Assembly: GCA_031400935.1 (NCBI GenBank)
Contig: JANNQV010000062.1
Span: forward strand, 1 to 64,000
Length of the DNA stretch: 64,000 bases
Source: Armatimonadota bacterium
GTDB taxonomy: Bacteria; Armatimonadota; Fimbriimonadia; Fimbriimonadales; Fimbriimonadaceae
Direction of reading: 5' to 3'
Shown: piece after piece, positions 1 to 9,330 of the stretch
How the letters are laid out: each line of letters begins with the position of its first letter
How positions within the stretch are numbered: position 1 is the first letter of the stretch
Notes under the pieces: generated by a model
What the model was told of the DNA's origin: nothing
What the model saw: only the letters and a program-made list of their open reading frames with translations
Databases searched by the model: none
Program-made: the position numbers and the translations under genes

Positions 1-2322
1 ACTGAGAAATTCGGCCAAGATCATGTTGCACAAATCGTAACTTTCGGGACGCTTGCTGCCAAGGCAGCCATCAAGGATTGCGGGAGAGTTCAAGGATATC
101 TGCCGCAAGAAACCGATCGAATTTGCAAGACGATTCCAAACATGCCGAATATGACTTTGGCTCGCGCACTGAAAGAGAGTTCCGAATTTAGGGCGATGTA
201 CGACAATGATCCTAAGGTCAGAAGCCTAGTGGAAACTGCTAAGAATGTCGAGGGAATAGCTAGACATTGCGGAGTTCATGCCGCTGGGGTGGTCATCAGC
301 AGGGAACCTCTGGTGGAGCACGTTCCGCTCTATAGGGGAACGGATGGACAAGCGGTTACAGCCTTCGAAATGGGAGTCTTGGAAAAGATCGGCCTCCTCA
401 AAATGGACTTTTTGGGGCTCTCAAACTTGACTGTCCTTTCGAGAGCGCTAGAAAACCTTCGCAATGGGGACAATGAATCGCGCGAAAGAATCGAGGCAAT
501 GCTTGGAATCAAGCTTGATCCTGATGGCATTCTTCCAGGAATGCCGGATGTTCCTTATGATGATGCGCCCACGTGGGAAATGCTAGGCCGAGGCGAAACT
601 GTAGGTGTTTTCCAATTGGAAGGCGGCGGCATGACAAGGTATGTCGCGCAACTAAAGCCCACGAGCATTCGCGAGCTTGCGGCTATGGTCGCCCTCTATC
701 GTCCTGGGCCGATGGAGCATATTCCCAGATTTATTGATACAAAATTCGGCCGCGTTCAGCCCAAGTATCTCAACGAAAGAATGGAACCGATTCTTGAAGA
801 AACTTTCGGAGTCATCGTTTACCAAGACCAGGTTCTAAAACTTGTTCAAGCTCTGGCAGGCTTTTCTCTTGGAAAGGCGGACATTTTGCGCCGCGCTATG
901 GGGAAGAAAGACAAGGCGGCGATGGATTCGATGCACCTTGAATTCATTGAAGGGACGAACGCAAACAGAATCGCTCAATCTGTTGCCAACAAAGTTTGGG
1001 AGCTGCTTTTGCCATTTGCAGGTTACGCGTTCAATAAGGCTCATGCAGTATGTTATGCAATCCTCGCTTACCAAACCGCCTTCTTGAAGGCTAATTTTCC
1101 GGTTCAATACATGGCGGCTTTGTTAGCCGTTTATCGCGAGAAAGAAGACCGTGTCGTTTCCTTCATTGAAGAGTGCCGTAGACTCAAAATCGCGGTATTG
1201 CCACCAGATGTAAATCAATCGGAGCGTGACTTTAAGATCGAAGGAACTTCAATCCGATTTGGACTCGCTGCGATCAAAGGCGTTGGAGCGGGATTGGCAG
1301 ACGGAATACTTTCTGAGCGAGAAGAAAATGGTCCATATCGCCACATTTACGAATTCGCGGAACGATTGAAGTCGTTTGGCTCAAACCGAAATGCAATTGA
1401 ATCTCTTGCAAAAGCTGGCGCATTCGATAGCCTCGGAGATCATCGCTCAACTTTGTTGAAATATGTTGACGCCGCCATAGCCTTTGCCGATATTTCGCAT
1501 CGGGACAAGCTCCGCGGGCAGGATTCTCTATTTGGCGAAGGAGCGACGGTTGAGGAAACTTCAAATTTGAGCTATCCTCCGCTGCCGCCGGAAGAACCAT
1601 TGCAAAAGTCAGCCATTTTGGCGATGGAAAAGGAGGTCATGGGCATCTACGTTTCCGATCATCCGTTGCGAGGGTATGAACGAATCATTGCTAAAACTGC
1701 ACAAAACACATGCGCGCAGATTCAAGAATTGGAAGAAGGGGCAAAAGTTCGGCTGGCAGGAGTTATCGCTGGAATTCGGCAGATTGTAACTAAAAGGACT
1801 GGCGAAAAGATGGCATCTTTGGTTCTGGAAGACTTTTCCGGCCAAGCTGGAATCATTGCTTTCGCGGCGACCTATGCTAAGTTCAAAGATCGAATGGTGA
1901 GGGACACAATCGTAAAGATTTCTGGCGTGGTGATGCACCGGGAGCGCCCTGGTAGCGGCGGCGAAAAACTGATCGAAATTCGTCTAGAAGATATCGAACC
2001 CATGGAAGCGTCGCTTGACTTGGGCATAACGCCAAGCGCAGATTCAGATGGCCTCGTAACGATTCTTATTGATCGAGCCACTCCAGAACAAATCGGGAAG
2101 TTGTTAGAAGCGGTTCGCTCTCATCCAGGCAATTTTGAAGTTGCGATTCAGATAGAGCCGAGAGACGAACTTGCACCGATCTCGCTTCCATTTACGGTTG
2201 ATCCGACAAACGGGTTTGTCGGCTCGGTGCGCCAAGTTGTCCACGGTGCTGAAGTTGAAGTGATGTCGTCGCCTTCAGTGGGAAGACCTCAAACTTCAAG
2301 GAATGTTCCGGTCCCCTCGTAA
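1..2322 (+). CDS. dnaE: DNA polymerase III alpha subunit (5' end outside the window)
   Basis: Frame is open from base 1 (VAQIVTFGTLAAKAAIKD). Contains HAAGVVIS, KMDFLGL, YRPGPM, GYAFNKAHA and a C-terminal OB fold. Confidence 0.97.
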   Translation, partial: TEKFGQDHVAQIVTFGTLAAKAAIKDCGRVQGYLPQETDRICKTIPNMPNMTLARALKESSEFRAMYDNDPKVRSLVETAKNVEGIARHCGVHAAGVVISREPLVEHVPLYRGTDGQAVTAFEMGVLEKIGLLKMDFLGLSNLTVLSRALENLRNGDNESRERIEAMLGIKLDPDGILPGMPDVPYDDAPTWEMLGRGETVGVFQLEGGGMTRYVAQLKPTSIRELAAMVALYRPGPMEHIPRFIDTKFGRVQPKYLNERMEPILEETFGVIVYQDQVLKLVQALAGFSLGKADILRRAMGKKDKAAMDSMHLEFIEGTNANRIAQSVANKVWELLLPFAGYAFNKAHAVCYAILAYQTAFLKANFPVQYMAALLAVYREKEDRVVSFIEECRRLKIAVLPPDVNQSERDFKIEGTSIRFGLAAIKGVGAGLADGILSEREENGPYRHIYEFAERLKSFGSNRNAIESLAKAGAFDSLGDHRSTLLKYVDAAIAFADISHRDKLRGQDSLFGEGATVEETSNLSYPPLPPEEPLQKSAILAMEKEVMGIYVSDHPLRGYERIIAKTAQNTCAQIQELEEGAKVRLAGVIAGIRQIVTKRTGEKMASLVLEDFSGQAGIIAFAATYAKFKDRMVRDTIVKISGVVMHRERPGSGGEKLIEIRLEDIEPMEASLDLGITPSADSDGLVTILIDRATPEQIGKLLEAVRSHPGNFEVAIQIEPRDELAPISLPFTVDPTNGFVGSVRQVVHGAEVEVMSSPSVGRPQTSRNVPVPS

Positions 2323-2383
2323 TTTCAGTGGTTTGATGAACCGAAGCCCGTCTAACAACGTTCAAGTGTGTAGAATTAAGATC

Positions 2384-3094
2384 ATGATATTTCGACGCTA
2401 CCTTATCATCATTGCTTCACTTTCCGTCTCAATGGTGAGCCTTGCTCAGTTGAATCGGTACCAGACAATTCCAGAGGCATCGGTTTTTCTTTTGGGAGAG
2501 TCATGGGTGCAAAGAGAGCTTAAAGTGAGCCCCGCACAATTAAAAATGATTCAAAAGCACTTTGGCGAATATGCAAATGTAGCCATGGACCTCCAAACGA
2601 GATATCGAAAGGACCGCGCTAATAAGGAAAAGTACAACACGCCACTAAAGGCAGCACAAAAAAAGTTGATCGCGGCTTGCCTCAAGTTGCTGAGCGCTCC
2701 TCAAAAAGCTCGCCTCATGGAATGCGGGATTCAAAAGTACGGAATATTCAGCTTGATTTCACCTGATGTAGCCAGAGCCATTGCACTGACCCCAGAGCAA
2801 AGCAAAATGGCAAAGAAGTACTACTTGACTTCATATAATACGATGGATACTCTTTCAAAGGAAACTGCGTCACGAGTTCGAGCCATTCCGCAGCCAAAAG
2901 ATCCAAATGATAAGAAGCAGATGGAAGCCTACAAGGCAAAGGTCAATCAAGTTGCAAACGCGGGTCGAGATTCTGATGTTCCGAAAATGCAAGCTGTTCA
3001 AGCGGCAATGGAGAAGAAGACCCTCGCTCTGCTGACAAAGGCCCAGTTAACGGCTTTTGAAAAACTGAAGGGCAAGCTTGCGGTCATGAAGTAG
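2384..3094 (+). CDS. Secreted helical hypothetical protein (Spy/CpxP-like LTxxQ repeats)
   Basis: Signal peptide MIFRRYLIIIASLSVSMVSLA; LSAPQ, LTPEQ and LTKAQ motifs; TAGAAT lies 7 nt before the ATG at 2384. Confidence 0.7.
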   Translation: MIFRRYLIIIASLSVSMVSLAQLNRYQTIPEASVFLLGESWVQRELKVSPAQLKMIQKHFGEYANVAMDLQTRYRKDRANKEKYNTPLKAAQKKLIAACLKLLSAPQKARLMECGIQKYGIFSLISPDVARAIALTPEQSKMAKKYYLTSYNTMDTLSKETASRVRAIPQPKDPNDKKQMEAYKAKVNQVANAGRDSDVPKMQAVQAAMEKKTLALLTKAQLTAFEKLKGKLAVMK

Positions 3095-3105
3095 CCGAAA
3101 CTAAT

Positions 3106-3894
3106 TCAAATTCGAGTCGCAGCTTTCCATTCGCTTACTATCGAATGTATGCGATCGTATCCAGTTCCGCCATCCCAATGTTCGCTGATCAGTTTCACAA
3201 GTTTTGAACCCACAACAGCACCATCGGCGACTTTGCACACTTCTGCCACTTGCTTTGCATCGCTGATTCCGAATCCCACGCAAATCGGCAATTCGGTGCG
3301 CTTTCGTAAGCGAGAAACTAGCTCAAGGGCATCGTTGGATAGGGAAGCCTGGGTTCCTGTCACGCCAGCCCGAGATACCGCATAGACAAACCCTTTTGCG
3401 GCTTTGCAGACGATGTCCAATCTCTCGTCGGTTGAGGTTGGCGCAGCCAGAAAGATCGTGTCTAGGTCGTGGTTAGTTGCTGTTTCGATCCATTCCTCGG
3501 CCTCGTCTGGAATCAAGTCTGAAAGAATGACGCCTGCAACTCCTGCAACTTCGGCTCTGAATGCAAAGTGGTCAAGTCCTTGCCTCAATGCGGAATTCGT
3601 ATAGCCCATCAGGACAATCGGGGCTTTGACGGAGATTTTGGAAATTGTCTTTAGAATATCGTCAAGATTAACGCCTTTGTCCAAAGCCCGTTGCCCTGCC
3701 GCCTGAATAATTGGCCCATCGGCGATTGGGTCGCTGAAAGGAATTCCGACTTCGATGATGTCCGCGCCAGCTTCGTCGAGGCATTTGAGAATGTCGGGGA
3801 GTTGGTCTAACGAAGGATCGCCAGCGGTGACAAAACAAACAAGGGCTTTCTCGTTTTTTGATTTGAGTTCTGCGAATCGGTCTGCGATTGTCAT
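3106..3894 (-). CDS. trpA: Tryptophan synthase alpha chain
   Basis: IEVGIPFSDPIADGPIIQ, VSRAGVTG and VGFGIS motifs. Confidence 0.97.
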   Translation of the reverse strand: MTIADRFAELKSKNEKALVCFVTAGDPSLDQLPDILKCLDEAGADIIEVGIPFSDPIADGPIIQAAGQRALDKGVNLDDILKTISKISVKAPIVLMGYTNSALRQGLDHFAFRAEVAGVAGVILSDLIPDEAEEWIETATNHDLDTIFLAAPTSTDERLDIVCKAAKGFVYAVSRAGVTGTQASLSNDALELVSRLRKRTELPICVGFGISDAKQVAEVCKVADGAVVGSKLVKLISEHWDGGTGYDRIHSIVSEWKAATRI

Positions 3895-4301
3895 CAGGCT
3901 GCAAATTGTTTCAGCATGCCAACGAGGAATCCGCTGACCAGTGGATCGCTAAGTGAAGTGACCAAATAGTCTGCAGCCTTCGACATATTCTTAAATTCAG
4001 ATAGGGTTTCTCCGTCAATATCAATTCTAATGGGAGTACCCTCGATCGGAACATAGATTCTGCAAACGCCTTGCTCAAATTTTCCTTGTGTATTTGTCAG
4101 AACCAAACGATATTGCTGTCCGTAATTTGTTGGAAAACCAGGCTCTAGATTGACAACTGCATTTGAAACAATGGTCTGAAAAGAACTCTCAACCACTTCG
4201 CGAACGTCTTCCAACGCGCTCAACGACTTGCTAAGGGCAGTATCTGTTTTTAGATTCAATCCTTTTGTCAGCTTCGCCTTCAATTCGTCCTTTTTTAGCA
4301 T
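3894..4301 (-). CDS. Hypothetical protein
   Basis: 135-aa ORF; starts 4 nt after the EEP stop and its stop overlaps the trpA start. Confidence 0.7.
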   Translation of the reverse strand: MLKKDELKAKLTKGLNLKTDTALSKSLSALEDVREVVESSFQTIVSNAVVNLEPGFPTNYGQQYRLVLTNTQGKFEQGVCRIYVPIEGTPIRIDIDGETLSEFKNMSKAADYLVTSLSDPLVSGFLVGMLKQFAA

Positions 4302-4305
4302 AGCA

Positions 4306-5283
4306 TTAGCTTACACGAATTTTTGCCAAAACAGGCAAATGATCAGATGCCCCTGTTCCAACGTTGTTTTGATATGACCAGGGAATAGGCACCCATTCGC
4401 CATGTTTTTCCTTTTCTGCATGAACTGGAGAAATGGAGTATCCAAGGTCTTTTTCAATAAGTCGAGGGCCTGGTCCCCTCAACAGAGACCTTGTTACGAT
4501 GATGTGATCAAAGAGCGCGAAAGTTCCAGCTTGCGAATTCTTTGCAAGTCCACTAGAACGGCCCTCCCAGAATGAACCTAACGCCCTTGGAGCCTGATAA
4601 CTTTCGCCACGATTCTCTGCGAATCCGGCCTCAAAAAGAAATCTCCATGTTGCTCCGTATACTGGTCCTGCAGATTTGAGTAGCGGGCGGTGGGTAGGCG
4701 AAACACTCAGTTCTGGCAGTTGGAATACTGTTTCCATTGGTTCTGCGTTAAAGTCTCCAAAAGCGATAAGACCCTCACCTGATGCTTCAGATTGAGTCAT
4801 TTCGCTAGCAAGCCATCGGGCAGAAGCTACTCTTTGAATTTCGGCAGATTCACCCTGCATTCTGCTAGCCCAATGAATCACTGCAATCCTAAAGACCTGG
4901 TTGCCGACCACCGCACGAATTACCAAAGCTTTTGGCCTGGATTTTGTCGTTGGCCGTTCTGCGTTCAATTTCGTGAGGCTTACATTGAGAGGATTGAATG
5001 CGATTCCGATGCCAATGTCGGCACTAGGCGGGAATCCCTGCCTCTCAAAAATCAATCCGAAATTCGGACCAAACACCCGCTTCGCAAATTCTCCAGCAAG
5101 GCGCTCGTTATGCACTTCACAAAATGCAATGATATCTGGGCCAGTGTCGCCAAACCAACCCATTGCTACTTCACTAAGCCGATCTAGCTTATCGCTCAAC
5201 TCCTGAGCTGTTTGAGGCCCACGTTCTTTGGCGCCGACTTCAAACAGATTGTATGCGTTCCAAAAGGCAAGCTTAAGTTCCAC
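4306..5283 (-). CDS. Endonuclease/exonuclease/phosphatase (EEP) family protein
   Basis: AFWNAYNLF, DIIAFCEV, GDFN, FDHII and SDHLPV motifs. Confidence 0.9.
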   Translation of the reverse strand: MELKLAFWNAYNLFEVGAKERGPQTAQELSDKLDRLSEVAMGWFGDTGPDIIAFCEVHNERLAGEFAKRVFGPNFGLIFERQGFPPSADIGIGIAFNPLNVSLTKLNAERPTTKSRPKALVIRAVVGNQVFRIAVIHWASRMQGESAEIQRVASARWLASEMTQSEASGEGLIAFGDFNAEPMETVFQLPELSVSPTHRPLLKSAGPVYGATWRFLFEAGFAENRGESYQAPRALGSFWEGRSSGLAKNSQAGTFALFDHIIVTRSLLRGPGPRLIEKDLGYSISPVHAEKEKHGEWVPIPWSYQNNVGTGASDHLPVLAKIRVS

Positions 5284-5339
5284 TTTGAAGAATCATACCG
5301 GGCATTTTAGTTTTTCGCGCCTCATTGTTCACCGATAGA

Positions 5340-7235
5340 CTACGCTTCATTCACCCACACCGCCATTCTCGATGGACCCCGATTTGACCATGCAAAGTAC
5401 GGAATGAACGTAGCCTCTTTATCTAGAAACATGAGTTCCTTGGAAGTATCGTAGAGCGGGTCCTCCGTATCCGGAACCAAATAAGCTCCGGAAACGCGCG
5501 CAGATTGAATTCCGTAGGGAAGTCCAGGATCGGGTGAAAAATGAACGTCAACTTCTGTCGAGGCAAAAAACAGGGTAGCTGGCAAAGTCCCGATTTCGGA
5601 TTCTAGGCAGAAAACAAGTGGACCTTTAGTCAGTGCAACTTTGCCTACGTTTGCGAGCACATTTGGGTTTGTACGCATCCACATCGGCTCCATCTCAAGC
5701 TCAATTTCCAGTACATCGCCTGGATCCCAAGTTCTGTCCAAAACAATAAACCCATTTTCAAACTCGCTCTCAACTTGATTGCCTGCCAGAGTGCAAGTGA
5801 CCGAATCAGACCAATCTGGATAACGAATTCTGACTCGGAATTTTGCAGCGAATTTCAAATCAAATGAAATCAAGCTCTTGGATTCGTGAGGATGCTCGGT
5901 TTTGATCGTAAAGCCAACCGGATTTCCAGTAGATTCAAACGAACCAGAACCCCCGATAGGGAAGTAAACAGTCAATTCTCCATCTGCCACCGCAAGCGCA
6001 TATTGCGAAATGGAGCCTATCATTCGCGCGATATTCGGGGGGCAGCAAGCGCACTCGAACCAAGGAACCCTCGAATGGTCGGTACGGCTTTCCAGCGGGT
6101 TCGCATAGAAATATCGGCTTCCACAAAATGAAATTCCGGAAAGCGCCCCATTGAAAATCGCTCTCTCCATGGCGTCGGCAAAGTCTGCCTCGTCAAAAAG
6201 ATGCGCCATTTGCCGCCCCCACATCGCCAAGCCCACGGAAGCGCAAGTTTCAGCGTACGAATTGTAATTTGGCAAATCGTAATCGTTGGTAAAGCCTTCA
6301 TTAGTGGCAGTTGAACCAATACCTCCAGTGATGTACATTCGTCTTTGCGTCATGTTGTGCCAAACGGCTTGAAGAGCATTTTTTAGTTCGGCATCGTTTT
6401 CAGCTATTTGAGCCGCCGCCATGTAAAGGTACATCGCCCGAACTGCGTGGCCGACGACGATGTTGTGTTCACGAATCGGCAAATGGTCTTGTACATATTC
6501 GCCGCTGTATCTGGCACCCGTTCCGAGCATTCGTTGTGCCCATGGGGAAAGCGCGATAGCTTCTGCGTCATTCCACTCAGCCTCAAATGGAGAGGGCGTT
6601 TGACCCCTCGAATTAGTCATTTTTATAGCTAGTTCCTTTGCTTTTTCATCTCCTGTATGGTTTGAAAATCTGAGCAAAGCATGTTCGATTTCTTCGTGTC
6701 CGCAGAATCCAATGTGGTCGCTTTCTAAGAATTCCGAAATAAGTAACGAGACGGTTTTTCGCGCAGCATCAAGCAAGCGATTGTCGTTTAGAGCTTCGCT
6801 CCACGCTACCGCAGCTTCCAAAAAATGCCCCATGCAGTACATTTCGTGCATCATGCTGAGGTTGCGAAACTTCAAATGCGGGTGATTGAGTTGGAAAAAT
6901 GTGTTCAAATAGCCATCAGGTTCTTGTGCGTCTATCACAAGAGAGATGACTTCGTCGCACTTGGCTTGGAGTTTGGGACTCGGGTTATGAGCCAGGGCAT
7001 AGGCGCACGCTTCCAGCCATTTGTGCGTGTCACTATCGTCGTAATATCTGCCTTGAAAGCCTCCAGATTCTCTTCGGGCGGCTTTGCGAAAATTTTCCAA
7101 TCTTGGAGTCTGATTGGCAATTTGATCATACTGCTGCGGCAATGTCACTTCTGAAAGAAGTTTCAACCTTGGACTCCAAAAATCATCTTCGACATGAAAG
7201 TTCGAAATGGGGATTGGTTGAATTCGCGAAGGCAT
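5340..7235 (-). CDS. Glycoside hydrolase family 127 (beta-L-arabinofuranosidase-like)
   Basis: DSDTHKWLEA, HEMYCMGH, GHAVRAMY, YAETCAS and CACCPPN motifs. Start placed at 7235 because CATAAT lies 6 nt upstream. Confidence 0.92.
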   Translation of the reverse strand: MPSRIQPIPISNFHVEDDFWSPRLKLLSEVTLPQQYDQIANQTPRLENFRKAARRESGGFQGRYYDDSDTHKWLEACAYALAHNPSPKLQAKCDEVISLVIDAQEPDGYLNTFFQLNHPHLKFRNLSMMHEMYCMGHFLEAAVAWSEALNDNRLLDAARKTVSLLISEFLESDHIGFCGHEEIEHALLRFSNHTGDEKAKELAIKMTNSRGQTPSPFEAEWNDAEAIALSPWAQRMLGTGARYSGEYVQDHLPIREHNIVVGHAVRAMYLYMAAAQIAENDAELKNALQAVWHNMTQRRMYITGGIGSTATNEGFTNDYDLPNYNSYAETCASVGLAMWGRQMAHLFDEADFADAMERAIFNGALSGISFCGSRYFYANPLESRTDHSRVPWFECACCPPNIARMIGSISQYALAVADGELTVYFPIGGSGSFESTGNPVGFTIKTEHPHESKSLISFDLKFAAKFRVRIRYPDWSDSVTCTLAGNQVESEFENGFIVLDRTWDPGDVLEIELEMEPMWMRTNPNVLANVGKVALTKGPLVFCLESEIGTLPATLFFASTEVDVHFSPDPGLPYGIQSARVSGAYLVPDTEDPLYDTSKELMFLDKEATFIPYFAWSNRGPSRMAVWVNEA

Positions 7236-7269
7236 AAAGCCATTATGAAACTTCAAAGAACAATTAGCT

Positions 7270-9213
7270 TCATTCCAATTTGCAATTGTGGGAAGCTAGC
7301 CAATCTTGAAGTAAGAGGGCAGTCTTTACGAACTCTGCGTGAGACCAGGTCAACGGCGAAACCGAAAGCTGCTCGCCAGTTTCGGGATGATATTGCTCAG
7401 CGAGAATGCCGGATTCGCCAGCCAAGTTCATCGCCCAACGAAGCCAGCGAATGGGTTCATCCAGCTCAGAAATGGAGTTTGCCCGAAGAATTTGAATTTG
7501 CGCGAGCAAAAGAGTAGTTATTATCCAAGGATTACCAGGAAGATCATCGCATTGCCTGAAATAATAATCACCTTCGTAACGGGCGATACCACCAACCCGA
7601 GAGCTGACGGACAACTTTTCTTCGATGGATTTAACAAGCAGGTCTGCAACCCTTGAATCGGGCTCAACGATTCCAAATTGAATGATAAACAAAGTAGCCG
7701 CGTCAGTTTTCCAATCCTGTTCTCCATCATCACTTTTTGATCGTGCGATTTGGCATGAATCTTCACTCCAAAATGTTTTGAGAACAGCTTTCTTCATCGT
7801 CTTCGCTGCGTTCAAGGCTGATTTTGCAAGTGCTCGATGGTTCCTTTGCAAAGGATATGACGCTGATTCGAGCGCAGAGATGACTGAGGCAACAGTATTC
7901 AAGTGAATTCCATGCCTCTCTTCCCAAAGGTCGTAACTTGGCAAAGGAAAAGCCGTTTTCTTGTCGCAAAAGTCAATCAAGAACTTCGTGAGAGGCATCA
8001 GCAACGATTCACAGAACTCGGCACCAATTCGATTCGCCGAAAGCGCATTGGCTACCAAAATGGCTACTAGCGCTGATTCGTCTTCCTGAATTGGGCGGGC
8101 ATTTGGATGGGAATCAAGCCAGGGATGCCACGTCGCCCCAACATCGCCTGAAGAAGTGTATTTTTGCAAGAATGCAGGAAATTCTGGATCAAGGACCCTT
8201 TCACAAAATTCGATAAATCGAATTGCAGGCTCGACGAGTCCCAAATCTAAAAAAAGCGATGCAACATTGGCACCGTCTCGCATCCAGCAATAGCGATAAT
8301 GAGCTCGATTTGTTGACATGATGTCGGAATCAACCGCCGCAATGATAGCTCCCGAAGAGTCGCAGTGTCCTAGTAGCATCGGGATGCTACTGATAGAAAA
8401 TGCCGCTATTTCTGGCGGCAAACGATCAAATTTTGGCTTGAATTTTGATGCCATTGCCTTTCCGCGCGACACCGAATCTTGACGAGTCGAAGCACAAATT
8501 TCCTTAGAAATCAGAGGTAATTTTCCACTTCGACCCAATGGATTTTGAATTGGCAAAATGGCAAACCATGCGGATGAACTACTGAGTGTGTGGCAATGTG
8601 TGACTAAAGAATATGTGCAATCTACTGATCCTTGAGCAATCGGATTCATCGAAAGAACGCCATCTTCGGCATCCCGAAAGGTTCCTTCGGCACCTCCAAA
8701 TCCAGTAATGCCGCAGGAATACGATGCGATTCCACGTTGTTCGCTGCCGCCATAAAACGCGAAACCAACATCTGCCTTGAAATGGAGCATTGCACCAGAT
8801 GGTGCGTGAAAAAGAGCTGTGTCGCCGATGTCAGATTCATTGATGCAAAGCTGTTCAGTACAGAACAGCCGAATTTCTTCGCTTGATCCTCCGAGATTGT
8901 GAGCAGTAACGCCAATAGTCAAAAGGGAAGATTCTGGACTCAAATCAAACTCGAAATCAAAGGAGGTTAGTGCATTTCGATGCCGGGCTTCAGCTACAGC
9001 TGAAAATCCCCAGTTTGATTGACGAATCGAGATTTGCCAATCATCTGAATCAATCCACGAGAACTCGTTTCGAATCCAAACGCCAAAGCGAATTGAGCGG
9101 CCGTTCAGGTGGTTTGGACCGCCGACGCCGGGAATGCAAAGGTCACGAATTCGCAGGCGATTATCTATTCCTGCGAAGAGATGTCCATTGCTGAGGATGA
9201 TAGATCGAGGCAT
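7270..9213 (-). CDS. Glycoside hydrolase family 15 (glucoamylase-like)
   Basis: YRYCWMRDG, YDLWEE and AEQ...SVSPLTWSHAEF motifs. Confidence 0.9.
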   Translation of the reverse strand: MPRSIILSNGHLFAGIDNRLRIRDLCIPGVGGPNHLNGRSIRFGVWIRNEFSWIDSDDWQISIRQSNWGFSAVAEARHRNALTSFDFEFDLSPESSLLTIGVTAHNLGGSSEEIRLFCTEQLCINESDIGDTALFHAPSGAMLHFKADVGFAFYGGSEQRGIASYSCGITGFGGAEGTFRDAEDGVLSMNPIAQGSVDCTYSLVTHCHTLSSSSAWFAILPIQNPLGRSGKLPLISKEICASTRQDSVSRGKAMASKFKPKFDRLPPEIAAFSISSIPMLLGHCDSSGAIIAAVDSDIMSTNRAHYRYCWMRDGANVASLFLDLGLVEPAIRFIEFCERVLDPEFPAFLQKYTSSGDVGATWHPWLDSHPNARPIQEDESALVAILVANALSANRIGAEFCESLLMPLTKFLIDFCDKKTAFPLPSYDLWEERHGIHLNTVASVISALESASYPLQRNHRALAKSALNAAKTMKKAVLKTFWSEDSCQIARSKSDDGEQDWKTDAATLFIIQFGIVEPDSRVADLLVKSIEEKLSVSSRVGGIARYEGDYYFRQCDDLPGNPWIITTLLLAQIQILRANSISELDEPIRWLRWAMNLAGESGILAEQYHPETGEQLSVSPLTWSHAEFVKTALLLQDWLASHNCKLE

Positions 9214-9330
9214 TGCCAGGATCAATGACGTTGAATAGATTCAAAATTGACCCAATAATCTACTTGCAACCCTGCAATAACGTGTCCAGCGAACTGATAA
9301 TAAAAATAGGACGAATATTCTCACAAACTC

